From assembly GCF_963921235.1 (NCBI RefSeq), contig NC_086118.1:20710001-20774000 (forward strand): DNA of 64,000 nucleotides, read 5' to 3'. Positions 11,270 through 23,744 of this stretch are shown piece after piece. The DNA comes from Mobula hypostoma. Lineage: Eukaryota. The number at the start of each line of letters is the position of its first letter. Position 1 is the stretch's first letter. A model generated the notes under the pieces. That model made no database searches. It had not been told where the DNA came from and saw only the letters and a program-made list of their open reading frames with translations. Position numbers and translations under genes: made by a program.

Positions 11270-13080
11270 AAGATCAAAGTTCAGAGCAAATTTGTTATTA
11301 AAGTACATATATGTTACCATTTACAACCCTGAGATTCATTTTCTTGAGTGCATTCATAGTAAATACAAGCAACACAGTAGAATCAATGAAAGACTACACC
11401 CAACAGGATGGACAACTGGGCTGTATCCACTACTTTTTATAGGCCTTTCCATTCAAGGGCATTGCTGTTTCCATACTAAGATGTGATGCAGTATACTCTC
11501 CACCACACATCTGTAGAAGTTTGGCAAAATTTCAGATTACATGCAGAATTGTTGTATACTTCTCAGAAAGTAGACGTGCTGCAGTGCTTTCTTCATAATG
11601 GTATTTACTTGCTGGACTCAGCCTGATCCTTTGAAATGATAACATGGAGGAATTTAATGTTGCTGTCCCTCTCCACCTTTGATCCTCCGATAAGGACTGG
11701 CTCGGAGACCTCTGCTTTCCTCCTCCTGTAGTCAGTAATCAGCACCTTGATCCTGTTGACATTGAGTACGAGGTTGTTGTTATGGCACCAGTCAGCCAGT
11801 TTTTCAGTCTCCCTCCTATATGCTGATTGATCACCACCTTTGATTCAGCCAATAAAAGTGGTGTTGTCAGCAAACTTAAATATGGTACTTGAGCCACAGT
11901 CATAAGTATTAAGCAAGGCGCTGAGCACACAGCCTTGTGGTGCCCCGGTGCTGGTGGAGATTGCTGAGGAGATGTTGTTAATCTGAACTGACTGGGGTCT
12001 ACAAGTGAGGAAATTGAGGATCCATTGCGCTAGGAGGTATTGAGACCAAGGTCTTGAAGCTTATTGATCAGTTACATAAGAGGGGATGATAGTATTGACT
12101 GCTGAGCTGTAGTGAATGAAGAGCATCCTGATGACTGCATCTTCAAAATGTCCAGATGTTCCAGGACTGAGTGAAGACCCAATGAAATGGCATCTGCTGT
12201 TGACCTGTTATGATGGTAGACAAACTAGAGTGGATCCAAGTCACTTCTTAGGCAGCTGTTGATATGTTTCATCACCAACCCCTCAAAGCATTTCATCACA
12301 GTGGATGTAAGTGCTGGTCACTGATGCAGGCTACCACTTTCTTCTTACGTACTCGTATAATTGAAGCCTGCTTGAAGCAGGTTGGAACCACAGACTACCG
12401 AAGCGAGAAGTTAAGGATACTGATGAACACTTCAGCCAGTTCATCAGCACAGGTCGTTAGTACTCGGCCAAGTACCCCGTCTGGGTTGGACGCTTTCCAT
12501 GTGTTCACCATCCTGAAGGATGCTGTCATGTTGGCTTTAGAAACTGAAATCACGGGGTCATAGGGGGCTGTGGAAATTTGTGAAGGATCCTCCATGTTTG
12601 GACAGTCAAAGTGAACATAAAAGGCATTTAACTCATCTGCTAATGAAGCCTTGCTGGGTTTCATCTTGTCGGAGGTGGTAGCATTCAAGCCCTGCCATAG
12701 CTGTCGAGCATCCTTCAGTGATTCAAGTTTGGTCTGGAATTGCCATGTCACATGTGAGAGAGCTTTCAGGAGATCATTCCTGGACCTCTTATATTTTACT
12801 TGGTTGCCAGACCTGAATACCACTGATACAGTCCTCATGGTTGATCCAGGACTTTCAAGTTGGGGTAGACACTGAATGATTTTGTGGGGACACACTTGTC
12901 TACGATTGTATTTATAAAGTCTGACAATTGTGGCATATTCATTCAGATCCTCTGAAAAGTCCTTGAACATGACCCAGTCTTCCGACTCAAAGCAATCCTG
13001 TAGCCACTCCTCTGCCTCCCGTGACCACTTCTTTGTTGTTGTTATCTTTGGAGCCTTGCTCATTAGGTCTGCCTTTATGC
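11270..13080 (-). mobile_element. Rex1/Babar LINE, decayed
   Basis: ORF 12395-13240 has WSREAEEWLQDCFES.DW, LADELNAFY and KAS.PDGV.GRVL..CADELAEVF, typical Rex1 pre-RT sequence; RT and 3' remnants follow on the minus strand. Confidence 0.8.
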
Positions 13081-13455
13081 AGGTAGAAGAAGAAACACAT
13101 ACTCTTATAGTAATTACTGTTGGTATATTTTTTCTAGATTCTTTTCTGTTTATGTTTTTCAGGTAAATGTGAAATCTATTCTCATTCTTTACTGTATCTT
13201 TGACTTTAGCAAGGATTTTGTAATCTTTGTTGCTACTCATGTTAAATCAGTTTATCCATCTTTTTTGTAGTCTCCTCTAGATTCAGGGTATCTGTGTGAC
13301 AGACCCATGGGTTTTATCCTTATTATGTTTTTCCTTTTGTTTCGGTTTTTCAACTGCTTTCATAGTTTTATGGCATTCTTTTATTTCTTTTTAGAATTTT
13401 TTGTCTGTGAATTCTGTGCCAATTTTTCTTTCATTATTCTTTGTTCTTTATTATG

Positions 13456-14720
13456 TTCTTTGAGGACATAATGAGTGCAGTGGATAGAGAGGAACAGGTG
13501 GATGTCGTATACTTGGATTTTCAGAAGGCGTTGGATAAGGTGCCGCACAAGAGACTTATAAATAAAATACGGATGCATGGAGTCGGAGGAAATGTATTGG
13601 CATGGATAGTGGATTGGTTAACCGATAGAAGGCAGAGAGTTGGTATAAATGGGTGTTTCTCCGGTTGGCAGTCAGTGGTGAGTGGAGTGCTGCAGGGGTT
13701 GGTGCTGGGCCCACAGCTGTTTACCATTTACATTGATGATTTGGAAGAGGGGACTGAGTGTAGCATAGCAAAATTTGCTTATGACGCTAAACTGAGTGGA
13801 AAAGCAAATTGTACAGAGGATGTGGAGAGTCTGCAGAGGGATATAGATAGGTTAAGTGAGTGGGCCAATGTCTGGCAGATGGAATACAACATTGGTAAAT
13901 GTGAGATCATCCACTTTGGAAGGACTAATAGAAGAGCAGATTATTATTTAAATGGTGAAAGATTGCAGCATGCTGTTGTGCAGAGGGACTTGGGAGTGCT
14001 TGTTCATGAATTGCAAAAAGTTGGCTTGCAGGTACAACAGGTTATTAAGAAGGCAAACGGAATGTTGGCCTTCATTGCTGGAGGGATTGAGCTCAAAAGC
14101 AGGGAGGTCATGCTGCAACTATACAGGGTACTGGAGAGGCTGCACCTGGAGTACTGTGTGCAGTTCTGGCCTCCATACTTGAGGAAGGATATACTGGCTT
14201 TAGAGGCAGTGCAGAGGAGGTTCACCAGGTTGATTCCAGGGATGAAGGGGTTAACCTATGAGGAGAGATTGACTTGCCTGGGATTATACTCTATGGAGTT
14301 CAGAAGAATGAGAGGGAATCTTATAGAAACACAAAACTTTGTGAAAAGGATGGATAAGATAGAAGTAGGAAAGTTATTTCCATTGGTAGGTGAGACTAGA
14401 GCTAGGGAACATTGCTCCAAGATTCAGGGGAGAAGATTTAGGACGGAGATGAGGAGAAACTGTTTTTCCCAGAGAGTGGTGAATCCGTGGAATTCTCTGC
14501 CCAGGGAAGTAGTTGAGGCTTCTTCACTAAATATATTTAAGAAGCAGTTAGATAGGTCTTTACATAGTAAGAGAATTAAGGGTTATGGGGAAAAGGCAGG
14601 TAGATGGAGCTGAGTTTATAGACCGATCAGCTATGATCTTATTGAATGGTGGGGCAGGCTCAATGGGCCAGATGGCCTACTCCTGCTCCTATTCCTATTT
14701 CTTATGTTCTTATGTTCTTA
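13456..14720 (+). mobile_element. 5'-truncated CR1 LINE with uninterrupted RT C-terminal ORF (13441-14613)
   Basis: VYLDFQKALDKVPH and SGVLQGLVLGP motifs; FAYD instead of catalytic FADD; (CTTATGTT)n tail. Confidence 0.92.
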
Positions 14721-15717
14721 CTTATTTTGTTGTTCTTTCATCTGGTATTATGAATTTTTGTGATATATAACACCTGGGCAAATTCTGATTGTACTCATAA
14801 TTTGGCTAAAAAGTAAGTGAACTTGTAATTATTCCATAAAAAATTATGTAGTGTGTTATATATCAATGTATTTATTATCTGTGGTTTTTCTGCCTGCTTT
14901 GCACAGGCAAAGGCATTTATTTACTTCCCAACCTTAGTAGTAAGGGAATAATTTTGTAGTCATGTACAATGAGAAGATAAATTATTTTTATAATGAGCTG
15001 ACCAATATGCTGACTATACCTTGAGTTTGTTACTGAAATTTATGGCTGTTATATTGTAAACATTGAACAACTGAGAAGGAGGTTACTCAGCTCATTATTC
15101 CAATTCTTTTTTTTTTGCATTTCCCTATAGCCCTGTAAATTATTCTTATTAATACCTGTCAACTTTTCCTTGAACCTTTAGTAAGGGGTAATTTACAGTG
15201 GTCAATTAATCTACCAAAACATGTTGTTTTGGGAACAACTATGAAATTAGTTTTGCTACGTTTTACTTTTGGAACTTAAATTTATGTCAATATTTTTTGA
15301 ACTGAAGAATATGGTACTTGTACTACTAATGATCTACACATTTTTATTGTAAAGTTACTATAAATCATCATTTTTGTCATTTTTGTTGCCTTTCTTGCAC
15401 TTGTCAGAACTAACAGTGACGTAGTGAACAATATGTTAGCATTATGCTGATTGGCAACATGACATCAACTTAGTGTAGCCTTATCTAAGATGGACTGGAG
15501 GATACAGGGTGAGGGGTTCAAGAATTTTGGGTGTACAAGTGGGGGTGGAAATTTGATCTTACTACAGTAAGAGTAAGATTTTTGAGTTATGGATGAAATT
15601 TACCATCAATACATTTTAATCAAGATTGTTTTAAAATTGGATTTAAAACTGATGTAATTTATACATGGTTTAAAATCAAATCCCATAAATTATACTGCAT
15701 GTAGAATTTTCTTTGGA

Positions 15718-15952
15718 TTCTTCTTCTTCAGCCCATCACTCCTAGTGGAGCATGGGCTGCCAACAGCAGCTCACCAGAGTACTGTGTCCTGGGCCAGTCT
15801 TTCTCGTTGTCCTCAGATATAACCGGACTTCGAAGGTCCTTTCTCTCTCAGGAGCCTCTGGTGGTGTTTCCTTCATTGGAGATGGGGTTGTCAGCCCTGT
15901 GCCCACCCTTCTTCCTGTTGTAGTCAGGCTTGGGACTGTCCATGACGAAGTT
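15718..15952 (-). mobile_element. Short non-autonomous RTE-derived element
   Basis: RTE-like 3' end with (GAA)n tail joined to an RTE-like 5' leader; TTGGA at both junctions; homologous to 17689-17955. Confidence 0.6.
15902..15952 (-). ncRNA. Twister ribozyme-like motif (P1 type, degenerate)
   Basis: Minus strand AA-CTTC-GT-catgga-CAG-TCCCAAGC-CTG-actacaacag-GAAG-AA-GGG-tggg. P2 CUUC/GAAG, P4 CAG/CUG, loop UCCCAAGC, T1 CCC/GGG; the conserved GA reads AA. Confidence 0.6.
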
Positions 15953-16257
15953 GGAATAGTTTGATATATTGGTTTGGGATAGTTTGTCTTTTCTTTTCAT
16001 TTTTTATCTTCTGGCACTTTCTAATTTGACATATACATAATTTCCCATTTTAACTTTAGATGAGTGCTCTTTATGTTCTTAATTTGTGCTTTTCCACTTA
16101 TCTTGGCATTCTGTTTAGTAATGGAATGAAAGAGGGTTCAGCTTATCAATGGTTAGGTATTTAGAATCAATACATATAATATTGCCATTTGTCTCATCTG
16201 TCTTGCATGTTTTAATGCTGATCTAATGTGCTTGTGCCAAACTGGTTATAAAAAAAT

Positions 16258-16360
16258 CATTATACTTTATTGTCGCCAAACAATTGATACACAGCGATAT
16301 TTGATTCTGCGCTTCCCGCTCCCTGGAGTACAAATCGATTGTAAATATTAAATATTAATT
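16258..16360 (-). mobile_element. Rex1-family 3' tail fragment
   Basis: Reverse complement matches 58725-58838 and 62163-62226, with (TATAAAG)n end. Confidence 0.65.
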
Positions 16361-16494
16361 TTTGTCTTTAGACTTATTATCTGATCTTTATTATTTCTTA
16401 CATTTTGTGTATAACTTTCTGGATTTGCATTTATTACTTGTTGCTATTATAACAGAATTATATTTATTAGGCAGACATTTCACATTGTCTGCTC

Positions 16495-17003
16495 AACATG
16501 CACAACATGCTGGAGGAACTCAGCAGGTCAGGCAGCATCCGTGGAAACGAACAGTCAACGTTTCGGGCCGAGACCCTTCGTCAGGACTGAAGAGGGAGGG
16601 GGCAGGGGCCCTATAAAAAGGATGGGGGGAGGGTGGGAAGGAGAAGGCTAGTAGGTGCCAGGTGAAAAACCAGCAAGGGGAAAGATAAAGGGGTGGGGGA
16701 GGGAATAGGCAGGAAAGGTGAAGAAGGAATAGGGGAAAGCACAATTGGTGGTAGAAGGAGGTGGAACCATGAGGGAGGTGATAGGCAGCTGGAGGAGGGG
16801 GCAGAGTGAAACTGGGATGGGGGAAGGGAGGAGGAGGGAATTACCGGAAGTTGGAGAATTCAATGTTCATGTCAAGGGACTGGAGACTACCCAGACAGTA
16901 TATGAGGTATTGCTCCTCCAACCTGAGTTTGGCCTCATCATGGCAGTAGAGGAGGCCATGTATGGACATATCCAAATGGGAATGTGAAGCAGAGTTGAAG
17001 TGT
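16495..17003 (-). mobile_element. Penelope-like element 3' end with hammerhead
   Basis: 13-bp TSD ACATTGTCTGCTC (16482-16494, 17004-17016). Minus strand encodes LRLEEQYLIYCLGSLQSLDMNIEFS, then a pyrimidine-rich tail and a hammerhead. Confidence 0.85.
16552..16589 (-). ncRNA. Minimal type-I hammerhead ribozyme motif
   Basis: cagtc-CTGACGA-aGGGtctcggCCC-GAAAC-GTT-gactg: 5-bp stem I, GUU triplet. Confidence 0.8.
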
Positions 17004-17688
17004 ACATTGTCTGCTCTAAGTTACTGGATCATAAAAATAGTGAGCAGTTTTCAAATTACGTGAAAAATTGGAGTAATTTATGACCATGTCTCTTCAGATA
17101 CTTCCAGTTATGGTGAAATGAACAATTATTATAATAAACTGTTACTTTTGAATGTAAAACAGCTTTTTTTCTATGTTTTCATATGTTGAGTTATGATCAG
17201 TTAGACTTCTTTCATCAAATTTTATCTGCTTAGTTGCAATACATGTAATTACATTTTAGCTAAATCTCAAAATGATTTTCGATTTAGAAAATAATTTTTC
17301 GTAAAATGTTTGCTTTGGTGATTTCCTAACTTGTCCTGTCTGGCAATCCATCTTTGATTTTCTCATTTATATTTTACACATGAACGGTATGTTCTGGTAA
17401 AGCTTTTGTCACCTGAATGCTTGTCTCCTTTTCCATTAATTTCTGTAAATAATGCGTGTGATCAGTGTCCAGGTTTCATTTCACAACTTGAGCATAATTT
17501 GAAGTTGGAGTTGTAACACCAAACTGAGCAAAAGAGATGGTGTTTTTATTTTTGACTGAATATAATTGAGGCCCAGTTTAATTCAGATGAATACAAAGGG
17601 CTAAAGCACTATTTGGGGGAAAAATGTTCTTTCAGTGATAAAGGCAATATTTATCCCTTAATCAGTTTTTTCCAAAAGTGTGAACTGT

Positions 17689-17955
17689 AACTTACTTTAC
17701 TTAAGCCCATCCCACCCTACTTTGGTATAGTTAGCTAACAGCATCTCGTCAGAATCCTCTGTCCTGGGCCAGTCCTGAGGTTGTCCCCAGGTGTAGCCCA
17801 TCATTCGTATGTCTTCTGGATGAAGATCCTTTCTCTCCCAGTGATAAGGTCTTTGGAGCTTCTGCTGGCATTTCTGTAGCGCTGTTATGGGATGGGGTTG
17901 CTAGCCCATGCCCAACCCTCCTTCCTCAGCCAGGCTTTGGATTGTCCATGGTGTT
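17689..17955 (-). mobile_element. Short non-autonomous RTE-derived element with decayed twister motif
   Basis: Homologous to 15718-15952, (AAGT)n-like tail. 5' end on minus reads ccatggacaatccaaagcctggctgaggaaggagggttggg. Confidence 0.55.
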
Positions 17956-18363
17956 GTTTATAAATTGTAGGCTTATACATAAACCGCTTGGCTTTTTGTG
18001 TAGAATTTTATATAGCCTGTACACTTAATGATGACATTAACTAGTTTTTCTTCAATGGTTGTCAAGTAGTGAAAGACAGATAAATGTTTATGTAGCTTGT
18101 TGCACAACCTCAGGAGGTCCTGAGGAGCTTCGCATCCCATAGAGTACTTTTGAAGTCTACTCTTTAATGTAGTAAACGACTCTAATATGTACATGTGGCA
18201 ACCTGATAAACTGATAATCTCACTGCTCTGAGGAACAGTAACCGCGTGACACTTCTAAGGACAGCATTTGTGCAAAATTGGATGTCCAGCTGATATAACT
18301 GCCTGGATATCATTGTAACCAAGTACATTTTATCTATTAATAGATTTTTCTTTCTCGTTCTAG

Positions 18364-18414
18364 TCATAATGGACAAATACCAGGAACAACCTCATCTGCT
18401 GGATCCACACTTGG
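18364..18414 (+). CDS. TBCD: TBCD coding exon 2 (VIMDKYQEQPHLLDPHL)
   Basis: Polypyrimidine tract + tag acceptor, gtaaga donor. Peptide matches the conserved TBCD motif; 51 nt, phase 1-1. Confidence 0.97.
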
Positions 18415-20970
18415 GTAAGATTGCCTACATTTGAAATAACTGAATATTTTCTACTAATCTCAGGTCAAAAAATATTGTGAATGTTTTAACATATTCCGTA
18501 CAGTAGGGTCTTTCAAGAAACTCTTAGAAAACATGGAGCTTAGAAAGATAAGGGCTATGCAGTAAGGAAATTCCAGGCAGTTTGTAGAGCAGGTTACATG
18601 GTCAGCCCAACATTGTGGGCCGAAGGTCTTGTAATGTGTTGTACATTTCTATGTAAGTGCTTGGTTGCCATCATAAACTGATGACCTTTCAAGTGTCACG
18701 TGGATTGGGCTAATTGTATGTTGCTGCAGGTTCTAATAGTGCATTCTAGATTTTAAGAACCTACTGTGGGAAAAGAAAATTCTCCTAATTTCTACATTTT
18801 TTTGAAATGTTGCTGTCGTGTAGTGTGTCTAGATATGTAGTATTTAAACGTAAATATTTACCATTGTTTAACTCAATTTACAAATGAATAATTTATATCT
18901 GTTAATAGAATATAATCTGGCATTTGTTTTGAGATGAGCAAATCACTGATAACAAATCATGAGTAAGTGATGGTCTTTCTCATTTTTATTGATGGTGTGA
19001 TTAAATTAGAGCTATGTGGTTTTTTTGAGTATGAAAATTATATTGAATTTTTTTTGTGTGATCTTCATCCTTCTTGTCCAGCAGTCCACGTAGGCAAACT
19101 TGAAGCATTTTTGTACAAGTTGACCTGAATTTGTTAATCTGGTTTTGTTTCTAGTTTTGTTTCTAGTGTTTTCTCTCACTTCTGAAAATTGAATGCAGAA
19201 TGCACCTTCAACTACATCCATTTCAGCTGTTAAATGAAGAGAGTAGGTGTTATCTTTGTGTCTTTGCACACAATCAAGCCAAGAAGTTCTAGTACCTCTC
19301 AATCTTCAAGTGTTTTATTACTGCTTGCTGGACTTATAATTTAAATGTCTACTTCCCGCAAAATCTCACCTGTTTTAGCTTTTGGTTTCTATGATGTTTT
19401 GGATACAGTGAGAAAGGAGGGTTTATTGCTGTCTGGAGTAATTATTGGGGTACAATTATTCTCCCTTTAGAATGCCATCATGATTGAATAATTTTATGAT
19501 TTAAAAAAAAACAAGCTCTTTGTGTACTTTAGGTTTTCCAAGTAGCTTATTCATGGTCTTAGTGAGACTGCTTGATCCATGACAAAAACAGTCAGGTAGC
19601 AAGTGTTTTCTTATAGATCAAACTGCTCATCATTGTTGCAACCTGAACCATTTAAAATCTCCATATACCTCCCTTGTTTAGTCTTGTAACACAGGATCAT
19701 GGAAGTAATTCCCTGAACAATAAACTGAACAGTATTCCAGATATAAATTTATGCGTTAGTTACTAAATGGAAATAGCATATTGAATTTGGTGTAATATTA
19801 CAGAATAATATCAAATTTAAATGGTTTTCAATTTAACTTGTTGATGTTCTCAGTTTCAGGAAATTTATTTCTGTCGAGATCAATAGACTTTGTTTTATTA
19901 TTGCACCTTGACAGCCAAATAAATTAAAATGCACAAAAAGGACTTGTTGAATCATTCTAATAGCTATATCAAATGAATGTTATTGCATAAAGCAGTTGTG
20001 TCTATTTTTACTAATATTTTCATTTGTTCTTTTTTCTAATTGTTCTAAAACACTCTGTTATCCCTGTTTCTCTCACATTATTTTATCTGCTAATGGAGGA
20101 CTTCATATTTTTAAGGCTAATGAGGCACACCATCCCCTCCCGCCCCAATCTCCCATCCTGTTCCCCAGATTGAATTATCAGTCCCTCTTAGAATCCTGTA
20201 TCCCTTAAATGAGATTACTTCTCATTCTCTTTGTTTTTCAGTGACTGTTGGCCAGTCTTAGCTCCCTCACCTAGCAGTCAATCTAGTGAATTATACTGTA
20301 CTTATCCCAAAGAAAATGTATCCTTGGTTAGTTAAGGAGATGGAAATTGCAGAAGTGATTGCACAGTATCTGTAAGATTGCCTGTTCTCGCAACAAAGGC
20401 CAAAGCAACATTTTCTCTCTAATTGCTTGATGAATGAAGCAATTTTCTGTATTAAAAAACTTTCTATATTAACACTTATCAATTTCTTACTGTTCATCTT
20501 ACTTACCAAAGATAATCTCACATTTCTTACATGACTAGCTTAGTCCATTTTTGGAAGTGCAATGCACTCTTCTTCAGCTCACTTTTTTACCTGGATTAAT
20601 ATCAGCAAATTTGACGACTTCACTGATAGTTTCTTGATTTTCTTTTTTTCTGCTTGCCTTTTGTTTGTCAGGATAATAGTGTCACATGATTTAATCTAAT
20701 AGGTGGCTTTAGAATTAAAGAATATTGGAAGATCACAGTTAAGGCATCTACAGCATTCATCTCTGGAATGGAAACTATTTGGTCATGAGACATGCACTAT
20801 TGTTTTTCAAATTGTTGTCAACACTCACTGCTGTTATTTCAGTTTCATGAATTTTTGGTGAGGTTAAGTCCATGATCAATATTTTTTATTGGGATGTTCA
20901 GACACTCGTCTACTTCCTTGACTTAAAAATTGATGCAAAATAATTAATCAAAGTAGTTTTCATTTCCTTA

Positions 20971-21128
20971 AACAACAGGAATTCTGCAGATGCTGGAAAT
21001 TCAAGCAACATACATCAAAGTTGCTGGTGAACGCAGCAGGCCAAGCAGCATCTATAGGAAGAGGTCTGACGAAGGGTCTCGGCCTGAAACGTCGACTGCA
21101 CCTCTTCCTATAGATGCTGTTTGGCCTA
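20971..21128. mobile_element. Fold-back Penelope-derived hammerhead insert
   Basis: 11-bp TSD TCATTTCCTTA (20960-20970, 21129-21139). Inverted arms ~21038-21064 / ~21101-21127 surround the + strand core CTGACGA(21066)...GAAACGTC(21093). Confidence 0.8.
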
Positions 21129-21656
21129 TCATTTCCTTATTTTACTTTGCTTAATTATGATTTTAGATCATTGGATTTCCCAGTTTACTTTGAAAAATTT
21201 ACTTCATTTATATGTTTTACCACTTCACATTTGTTTCAAGGGTCCTCTACAGATCTCCAGAAAGAATCTAAACCCATTTCTATTTTATCAATTTACCCAT
21301 AAAATTTCTCTGTTTATATAGCTCTTTTTGTATTATCTATAATGAGAACAGTTTTATGTTCAAGTTATGAGGGTACCATCTCCCTTCATACTACCTTTTG
21401 CAAAATTTTCCTGCAGACTCATAAAATGTGCATCTTGTAACTTGATATAATCAATTCCCAGTTTATCTCTGTCTTAGAGCTACCTGTATATCTCAGTAAT
21501 GGCAACTGTGTTATATTCCCCAAGTTGGATTTGATAGAAAAATCTCAGTTTGTTCCTTGTGGTTTGTGAAGTTGTATGAAGAACCTTTATTTGGGTTACA
21601 CACGGACTAATCTGTACTTGTGCTTCAAAATATTCCTTCATTTATCACTATTTTTA

Positions 21657-22678
21657 TTTAGATTAGATTAGATTCAACTTTATTGTCATTTTGCTGAGTA
21701 CAGATACAAAGCCAATGAAATGCATTTAGCATCTGACCAGAAATGCAAAGAATAGTGTTATTTACAAAATAACTGCGAATTAAAAAAAGTGCTACAGCAC
21801 ACAAGTGTGAAAGTACTGAGACAGTACAATATGGATGCAATACTGCTTAGTGCTGTGATGAGAGGTTCAGCAGTGTCACAGCCTCAGGGAAGAAGCTCTT
21901 CCTGTGCCTGCTGGTGCAAGAGCGGAGGCTCCTGTAGTGCCTACCAGATGGGAGCAGAGTAAAAAGTCCATGGTTAGGGTGAGATGCATCCCTGATAATG
22001 CTTTTCGCCCTGCCCAGGCAGCGTTTATGCAAGATGTTCTCAATGGTGGGCAATTGGGTGCCGATAATCCGCTTGGCAGTTTTCACCACATGCTGGAGTG
22101 CTTTGCGGTCCGATATGGGACAATTGCCATACCACAGTGAGATGCAGTTGGTGAGTATGCTCTCAATGGTACAGCGGTAAAAGTCCGTCAGTATCCTGGG
22201 ACAGAGGTGAGCTTTCTTCATGCTCCGCAGGAAATAAAGGCGCTGTTTGTGCCTTTCTGATCAGGATGGAGGAATTCAGGGACCAGGTGATATCCTCGGA
22301 AATGTGGACACCAAGGAATTTGAAGCTTGATACACGCTCCACTGCAGTTCCGTTGATGTAGATGGGGACGTGAGTATGACTTCTGGTGTGCCTGAAGTCC
22401 ACAATGATCTCCTTGGTCTTCTGGGTGTTAAGGGCCAGATTGTTGTCGGTACACCACGCGGCCAGGTGCTGAACCTCATCCCTGTAGGCCGTCTCGTCAT
22501 CCCCTCTGATCAGACCAACCACTGTGCTGTCGTCTGCGAACTTGATTATGGAGTTAGAACCATGTACAGGAACGCAGTCATAGGTGAAAAGGGAGTACAG
22601 AAGAGGGCTCAGCACACAGCCTTGAGGCACGCCAGTGTTCAGGGTGAGAGTGGAGGAGGAGAGGTTGTCTAACTTAAC
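21657..22678 (-). mobile_element. Rex1/Babar LINE, 5'-truncated RT
   Basis: PQGCVLSPLLYSLFT, KFADD, FKFLGV and LLPSGRHYRS..SFFP in two frames; (TCTAA)n tail. Confidence 0.9.
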
Positions 22679-22803
22679 TTTTACTCTTCACTTCCACAAT
22701 TTCTAATGAATTAATTGTTCTCTTCCCTTGTGTTTATGTCTTTCGAAAGCTTCAGCAGGAACTTACTTTATGAATGATGGATCTTTGATGGTTCTCTCCA
22801 TGA

Positions 22804-23037
<234 letters not shown>

Positions 23038-23413
23038 TAAAAATATTGTATTTTGGGGCAGAAAAGTAGATTGCATGGTTAAAGTCTATAAATTGAATCT
23101 ATAAGGAAAAAAGACCATGTAATCTTTTATTTAGCTCATTAACTTAATTAACTGGAATCATTTCACAAAATGAGCATTATAATTTATTTTTTGTTAGCAT
23201 AATGGTAACTACAAACTAAATTACTAGATATGCTATTCTCATTATGTCATCTAAAATTCAGCAGTTATGTAAACTGACAATTGGGTTTAATGGGCTTATT
23301 TATTTAGTATCTTCTACAGCCAATCTTATTTTTATTCTTGTTGATTTATTTGCTTGACTGCATATGTGTTAATTAATAGAAATCTTCAAAATAATATTTT
23401 TGTGCCATTGTAG

Positions 23414-23533
<120 letters not shown>

Positions 23534-23744
23534 TAACTTTACTTTGCACTATCTTTCAAAAAAAACATTTGGGAAAAAAGCAGTTCTTTACCTGAAATTT
23601 ATTTTTAATTGATTTATTTTTAAGGTTTGTAAAGAATTAATGTGTTAACTTTCTAGGTAAATAGAAAAAGCTGCTTGTAATAAAAAACACCTTTGCTTTC
23701 TACTTATCTGTTGCAGATTAGAAAGAGTAGCATGCTCAACAAAA

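Noticed and set aside
13441..14613. 390-aa ORF as a domesticated or active RT gene
   Set aside because: It is a 5'-truncated CR1 with its normal tail, and catalytic FADD is changed to FAYD. A young dead copy explains the open frame.
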